NCBI GenBank assembly: GCA_002169865.1
Contig: NHIC01000008.1
Location: 10,313-61,588 of the forward strand
Length of the DNA stretch: 51,276 bases
Source of the DNA: Flavobacteriaceae bacterium TMED179
Lineage (GTDB): Bacteria > Bacteroidota > Bacteroidia > Flavobacteriales > Flavobacteriaceae
Reading direction: 5' to 3'
Both the position numbers and the translations under genes were made by a program. A model generated the notes under the pieces. It was not told where the DNA came from and ran no database searches. It worked only from the letters and a program-made list of their open reading frames with translations. Shown here piece after piece: positions 46,717-51,276 of the stretch. The first letter of the stretch is position 1, and each line of letters begins with the position of its first letter.

Positions 46717-47649
46717 ATGGAGGTCATCCATAATATTTCCAATTACCAACCCCAAAAAGCTGGAATTCTTACCATTGGGACCTTTGATGGTGTTCACATT
46801 GGCCACCAAAAAATAATCAGTAATCTGGTAGCCACAGCTAAGAAAGAAGATTTATGTGGCATAGTACTAACTTTTTTTCCTCATCCGAGAATAGTTTTAC
46901 AAAAAGATAATCAAATGAAATTGATTGATACTTTAGAGGAAAAGAGAAAAATAATTGAATCATTAGGAGTAGAAGTACTTATAATCCAGCCCTTTACCCT
47001 TCATTTTTCTAGAATGACCGCTATAGAATACACTAGAGATATTTTGGTCAACAGTCTTAATATATCTAGACTAATCATTGGCTACGACCACCGATTTGGG
47101 AGAAATCGAAAGGCAACAGTCCAAGACCTTAAGGAATTTGGTGAGCAGTATAAATTTACAGTTGAAGAAATTCCAGCTCAAGATATTGAGTCCATAGCAA
47201 TAAGCTCTACAAAAGTGAGAAATGCAATTATCTCTGGTGAAATGAAAAAGGCAAATCAATTTTTAGGAAGACCTTTTTCTGTTAGTGGCAAAATTATCAA
47301 AGGAGACGAAATCGGTCGAAAAATAGGCTATCCCACTGCCAATTTAGAAATTGAAGAGGATTACAAACTACAGCCTCAAAACGGTGTTTATCTTATTCAA
47401 TGTCACTGGGATAATCAGAAATATTTTGGAATGATGAATGTTGGTAAACGCCCTACTGTGTCTGGAAAGAAAAACCAAATCGAGACTTATTTTTTTAATT
47501 TTGAGGGCGACTTATACGGAAAAAAATTAAAGATCGACCTACTGGAAAAAATTAGAGATGAAAAAAAATATAAGTCTCTTGAGATTCTTAGGAATCAGCT
47601 TGGAATTGATAAAAATAGTTGTCAAAAATTAATCCCAAAATACAGCTGA
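46717..47649 (+). CDS. ribF: bifunctional riboflavin kinase / FAD synthetase
   Basis: Contains GTFDGVHIGHQ, GYDHRFG and GYPTANL. Confidence 0.95.
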   Translation: MEVIHNISNYQPQKAGILTIGTFDGVHIGHQKIISNLVATAKKEDLCGIVLTFFPHPRIVLQKDNQMKLIDTLEEKRKIIESLGVEVLIIQPFTLHFSRMTAIEYTRDILVNSLNISRLIIGYDHRFGRNRKATVQDLKEFGEQYKFTVEEIPAQDIESIAISSTKVRNAIISGEMKKANQFLGRPFSVSGKIIKGDEIGRKIGYPTANLEIEEDYKLQPQNGVYLIQCHWDNQKYFGMMNVGKRPTVSGKKNQIETYFFNFEGDLYGKKLKIDLLEKIRDEKKYKSLEILRNQLGIDKNSCQKLIPKYS

Positions 47650-47675
47650 ATTCTAGTTTATCGATTGGTTTCTTC

Positions 47676-47683
47676 TACCTTTG
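47676..47683 (+). promoter_or_regulatory. -7 promoter box (TACCTTTG) for serS
   Basis: Exact TAnnTTTG, 19 nt upstream of the ATG at 47702. It overlaps the track's TTG start (47681), so 47702 is preferred. Confidence 0.45.
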
Positions 47684-47701
47684 CATCGAAAAAATATTCA
47701 A

Positions 47702-48973
47702 ATGTTACCGCTTGCGTACCTTAGAAAACATTCGGAGAAAGTCAAGAAAGGGTTGAGGAAAAGAAATTTTCCTCAACCAGAATTGATAGATCAATTACTT
47801 GAAACAGATAGGAAAAGAAGATCACTTCAAAGTCAATTAGACGAAAAGCTTTCCAATAGTAACCAGATTACCAAAGAAATTGGAGGGTTATTCAAATCAG
47901 GGCAAGCAGAAAAAGCCAATGAGCTAAAAACACTAACAGTCGATCTCAAAGCACAAAGTAAAGAGCTTCAAGAAAAACTCCAAAAAGCTGAAGGAGAACT
48001 CTTGTCCATTAGAACACAAATTCCCAATATACCCGACGAAAGTGTTCCATCTGGAATCACCGAGGATGACAATGAAGAAGTTTTTAGCGCTGGCCGTATT
48101 CCTGTATTAGGATACGACGCCCTTCCCCATTGGGAACTTGCCTCAAAGTATGGTCTGATCGACTTTGACCTCGGAAGCAAGATTACTGGTGCTGGTTTTC
48201 CCGTTTATAAGGACAAAGGAGCCAAGCTTCAAAGGGCACTTATTCAATATTTTTTGGATAAAAACACAGCTGCTGGTTATAGAGAGTTTCAAGTCCCCCA
48301 TATGGTGAATGAAGACTCAGGATTTGGAACAGGACAATTGCCCGATAAGGATGGGCAGATGTATCATGCTCAGGAAGACAATTTATATCTTATTCCAACT
48401 GCCGAAGTTCCTTTGACCAACCTGTTTAGAAACCAACTCCTGGACGCCAAGGACTTACCTATTTGCCTAACAAGCTATACCCCCTGTTTTCGTCGTGAGG
48501 CAGGAAGCTATGGAGCCAATGTGAGGGGTCTGAACCGACTGCATCAATTCGATAAAGTTGAAATTGTTCGAATTGAAAAACCTCAAAATTCGAGAGCAGC
48601 ATTAGATAAAATGATAGAGCACGTTAAAACCATTTTAGAAGAATTGAGGCTCCCTTATCGGATACTTAAACTCTGTGGAGGAGACTTGGGTTTTACCTCA
48701 GCTTTGACCTTCGATTTTGAGGTTTACTCCACCGCTCAGAAAAGATGGTTGGAAATTAGCTCTGTTTCCACTTTCAATAGCTTTCAATCCGAACGACTCC
48801 AACTGCGATACAAGGACAAAAATGGAAGAAAACAGGCTGTTCATACCCTAAATGGAAGTTCACTCGCCCTACCAAGAGTTGTCGCAGGATTACTCGAAAA
48901 CTGTCAATCCCCAAAAGGCATTTGCATCCCTAAAGTATTAATTCCTTACACTGGTTTTGAATTAATAAACTAA
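47702..48973 (+). CDS. serS: seryl-tRNA synthetase
   Basis: N-terminal coiled-coil arm and class II motifs TAEVPLTN, CFRREAGSYG and GLNRLHQFDKVE. Confidence 0.95.
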   Translation: MLPLAYLRKHSEKVKKGLRKRNFPQPELIDQLLETDRKRRSLQSQLDEKLSNSNQITKEIGGLFKSGQAEKANELKTLTVDLKAQSKELQEKLQKAEGELLSIRTQIPNIPDESVPSGITEDDNEEVFSAGRIPVLGYDALPHWELASKYGLIDFDLGSKITGAGFPVYKDKGAKLQRALIQYFLDKNTAAGYREFQVPHMVNEDSGFGTGQLPDKDGQMYHAQEDNLYLIPTAEVPLTNLFRNQLLDAKDLPICLTSYTPCFRREAGSYGANVRGLNRLHQFDKVEIVRIEKPQNSRAALDKMIEHVKTILEELRLPYRILKLCGGDLGFTSALTFDFEVYSTAQKRWLEISSVSTFNSFQSERLQLRYKDKNGRKQAVHTLNGSSLALPRVVAGLLENCQSPKGICIPKVLIPYTGFELIN

Positions 48974-48976
48974 TCA

Positions 48977-49246
48977 ATGGTAGTATACAATGTCACTTGT
49001 AATTTGGAGCTAGAAGTCGAAAAAAAATGGTCGGAGGGGATTGATGAAAAACTATACGTTTTGTTAAAACATGAAAAGATTATCGCTCCCTCAAGTCTAA
49101 AATTAAATTTATCAGTACCCCCTAAAAGATCAATTTATGCCCTTGATTACAATATCTTGGATCAAAATGTGGTTGAACAATTCATTTATAATGTAGACAA
49201 GATTATAAAAGAAAAAACAGTAAAGAATTTGGTGAAGCAGTTCTAA
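48977..49246 (+). CDS. DUF4286-like small protein
   Basis: The N-terminus MVVYNVTCNLELEVEKKW matches my recollection of the DUF4286 start (M-I-I-Y-N-V-T-x-x-v). 89 aa, beginning 3 nt after the serS stop. Confidence 0.45.
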   Translation: MVVYNVTCNLELEVEKKWSEGIDEKLYVLLKHEKIIAPSSLKLNLSVPPKRSIYALDYNILDQNVVEQFIYNVDKIIKEKTVKNLVKQF

Positions 49247-49283
49247 ATTTCAGCAGTCAGCTCGAAATCATGAAAGAATACAA

Positions 49284-50063
49284 ATGAAAGCCGTATATCC
49301 AAAAAAAAAATTGGGACAACATTTTTTGAATGATTTGAACATAGCAAAAAAAATTGCTTATACACTTCAAAATCACAGAGGGGAAAATGCGCTTGAAATC
49401 GGACCTGGAATGGGCGTACTGACACAGTACCTGATTCCTCAAGTAGAAAATCTTAAACTGGTTGAAATCGACACCGAGTCTGTCGCCTACCTAAACCAAA
49501 AATATCCCGAGATGCAAGAGCACATTCTATGTGAGGATTTTCTTAAAATGGATTTATCAGCCGTTTTTAATAAACAACCCTTCGCCATTATTGGTAACTT
49601 CCCCTACAACATCTCCAGTCAGATTGTATTTAAAGCGATTAAATATCGCGAGTATATTCCATTTTTTTGCGGATTGTTTCAAAAGGAAATGGCGCAGAGA
49701 ATCTGTGAAAAATCTGGTTCAAAAACTTATGGTATTATCTCTGTTCTTTGTCAAACCTATTTCCATACAAAATACCATTTCAATGTTTCTCCTGCAATAT
49801 TTTCCCCCCCTCCAAAGGTAGACTCGGGGTTACTTTCATTAAAAAGAAGAGAGGATCTAACTATTGATTTTGATCAAAAACTATTCTTTATAGTTGTCAA
49901 AACATCATTTCAGCAACGCCGAAAAACCTTAAGAAACAGCCTTAAAACACTTAATATCCCTAAAATTATTTTAGAAGATAGTATCTTTGACCTGCGACCA
50001 GAAAAATTATCTGCTACGCAATTCATTGAACTGACTAAAAAAGTGGGGAATGCCAAAATTTGA
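49284..50063 (+). CDS. rsmA: 16S rRNA (adenine1518/1519-N6)-dimethyltransferase
   Basis: Contains KKLGQHFL, ALEIGPGMGVLT (SAM binding) and IIGNFPYNISS. Confidence 0.95.
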   Translation: MKAVYPKKKLGQHFLNDLNIAKKIAYTLQNHRGENALEIGPGMGVLTQYLIPQVENLKLVEIDTESVAYLNQKYPEMQEHILCEDFLKMDLSAVFNKQPFAIIGNFPYNISSQIVFKAIKYREYIPFFCGLFQKEMAQRICEKSGSKTYGIISVLCQTYFHTKYHFNVSPAIFSPPPKVDSGLLSLKRREDLTIDFDQKLFFIVVKTSFQQRRKTLRNSLKTLNIPKIILEDSIFDLRPEKLSATQFIELTKKVGNAKI

Positions 50064-51276
50064 ACTAAACAAAACGGGTATTCAATTCATAAAGGATTTG
50101 ATCGAAAGTGGATCAGACAAGAAGCTACGGTTACAACTCAGGGATTTCCACTATGCAGATATTGCCGAAATAATCAATGAACTCACCTCAAATCAAGCGA
50201 CCTATCTTATCAAGTTGCTAAAAAGCGATAAAACAGCCGATGCCCTGGCCGAGGTTGACGAAGATATCAGAGAAGGAATTCTAGAAAACCTTTCCGCAAA
50301 AGAAATTGCAGAGGAAATCGAAGAACTTGATACCGATGATGCTGCTGACCTGATCGGAGAACTTCCTGAGGAGCGCCAAGAGCGGGTGATGTCGCAAATT
50401 ACCGATTCAGAGCATCTAGATGACATCAAGGAACTGCTTACCTACGATGAGGATAAAGCAGGGGGATTGATGGCCAAAGAACTCGTAAAGGTTGAAGAAG
50501 GACTTAGTGTCCTCAAATGCCTCAATACCATGCGGGCTCAAGCAGAGGAAGTTACTCGGGTTCACTCCATTTATGTAGTCGATGAAAATAATGTACTAAA
50601 AGGCAGGCTCTCTCTAAAAAATTTGATCACAGCAAATTCCATGGCCATTGTCAAAGATATCTATATTCCTAAGGTCGATTTTGTTACCGTAGATCAACCC
50701 GGTGAGGAAGTTGCAAACATCATGTCCAAGTATGACTTAGAGGCCATTCCCGTTGTGAATAAACAAAAGCAACTTATGGGACGTATTACCATTGATGATA
50801 TTGTTGACCTTATCAAAGAAGAGGCCGAAAAGGACTATCAATTGGCAGCTGGGATTTCCAATGATGTGGAAGCCAACGATGGTATTTTAGAACTTACAAA
50901 AGCCCGATTGCCATGGCTTTTCCTCGGCCTGTTGGGTGGGTTGGGGAGTGTTTTCATACTTCAAGATTTTGAACAACTCATGGAACTGCCCGAACTGAGA
51001 AGTTTATTTTTCTATACGCCACTCATCGCAGCTATGGCTGGAAATGTAGGGGTACAATCCTCCGCTATTATTGTTCAAGGACTGGCCAATAATGTTTTAA
51101 AAGGATCATTGGTTAACCTTCTTTTTAAAGAAATTGGTCTCAGTCTGATCAACGGTTTTGCCCTTGCCCTTATACTCATACTTTTTGGTTTCATCATCCA
51201 ACAAGACCTCAGCATCAGCCTCACCATCGCAGGTTCCATGATGGGTGTCATCATCATCGCAGCACTGATAGGAACT
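50050..51276 (+). CDS. mgtE: magnesium transporter MgtE, N-terminal 409 aa, continues past the right edge
   Basis: Absent from the ORF track because no stop lies in the window. Hand translation from ATG at 50050 stays open to 51276. It shows MPKFELNK..., an acidic MgtE N-domain, two CBS-like repeats, and the TM region AAMAGNVGVQSSAIIVQG. It overlaps rsmA by 14 nt. Confidence 0.9.
   Translation, partial: MPKFELNKTGIQFIKDLIESGSDKKLRLQLRDFHYADIAEIINELTSNQATYLIKLLKSDKTADALAEVDEDIREGILENLSAKEIAEEIEELDTDDAADLIGELPEERQERVMSQITDSEHLDDIKELLTYDEDKAGGLMAKELVKVEEGLSVLKCLNTMRAQAEEVTRVHSIYVVDENNVLKGRLSLKNLITANSMAIVKDIYIPKVDFVTVDQPGEEVANIMSKYDLEAIPVVNKQKQLMGRITIDDIVDLIKEEAEKDYQLAAGISNDVEANDGILELTKARLPWLFLGLLGGLGSVFILQDFEQLMELPELRSLFFYTPLIAAMAGNVGVQSSAIIVQGLANNVLKGSLVNLLFKEIGLSLINGFALALILILFGFIIQQDLSISLTIAGSMMGVIIIAALIGT

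Noticed and set aside
50050-50063. M-box riboswitch ahead of mgtE, or preQ1 riboswitch ahead of yhhQ (20197)
   Set aside because: mgtE overlaps rsmA by 14 nt, and yhhQ starts on the nucleotide after the sppA stop. There is no leader in which a riboswitch could reside.
1-51276. CRISPR arrays, rRNA operons, prophage or defence islands
   Set aside because: No regularly spaced repeats, no rRNA-like conserved stretches, and no nuclease, helicase, methylase or phage-structural genes were seen on either strand.

Overview
This is a 51.3-kb, AT-rich, very gene-dense chromosomal segment that reads as Bacteroidota, probably a Flavobacteriia-like aquatic organism. Supporting signs are a T9SS C-terminal sorting domain, TonB-dependent receptors with CarboxypepD_reg-type N-termini, and Bacteroidetes-type -7 promoter boxes (TAnnTTTG) 15-55 nt upstream of many start codons. 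There are also no Shine-Dalgarno sequences, a long acidic tail on S16, and GH3, DUF2797 and DUF4286 genes. I call about 44 protein genes, 3 tRNAs (Leu-UAA, Gly-GCC, Leu-CAA), 1 clear pseudogene and 2 intrinsic terminators. Most of the content is housekeeping: mutS, tig-clpP-clpX, rpsP-rimM, prs-rplY-pth, ribF, serS, rsmA-mgtE, sppA-yhhQ-rluF, and a folK-dNK fusion. Interleaved are envelope and nutrient-acquisition genes: a PSCyt1/DUF1549/DUF1553 protein, galK, a PQQ dehydrogenase, a large glycoside hydrolase, a nagA-like/Nramp-like/nagB-like trio, two TonB-dependent receptors, a Tat Rieske protein, an FGE-like protein, a GMC oxidoreductase pair, and a 1293-aa T9SS metalloprotease. Two edge genes missing from the ORF track were recovered by hand translation (1..2423 minus strand, and mgtE at 50050..51276). 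I found no CRISPR array, transposase, integrase, rRNA or recognisable defence system. There are five main candidates for something new. (i) A minus-strand operon (32165..36215) encodes a small His/Cys secreted protein, a His/Asp/Glu-rich lipoprotein, a TonB-dependent receptor and a Lys-tailed secreted protein. It diverges from an FGE-like gene across a spacer holding a perfect 9-bp inverted repeat, and may be a metal-acquisition module. (ii) An Nramp-fold transporter lacking the canonical metal-site motifs sits between nagA-like and nagB-like genes. (iii) HPPK and deoxynucleoside kinase are fused in one ORF. (iv) A decayed galT lies next to an intact galK. (v) Convergent genes abut or overlap systematically, with no terminators between them. 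All functional interpretations rest on motif recognition without database searches. I do not see compelling evidence for a wholly new multi-gene system beyond these candidates.
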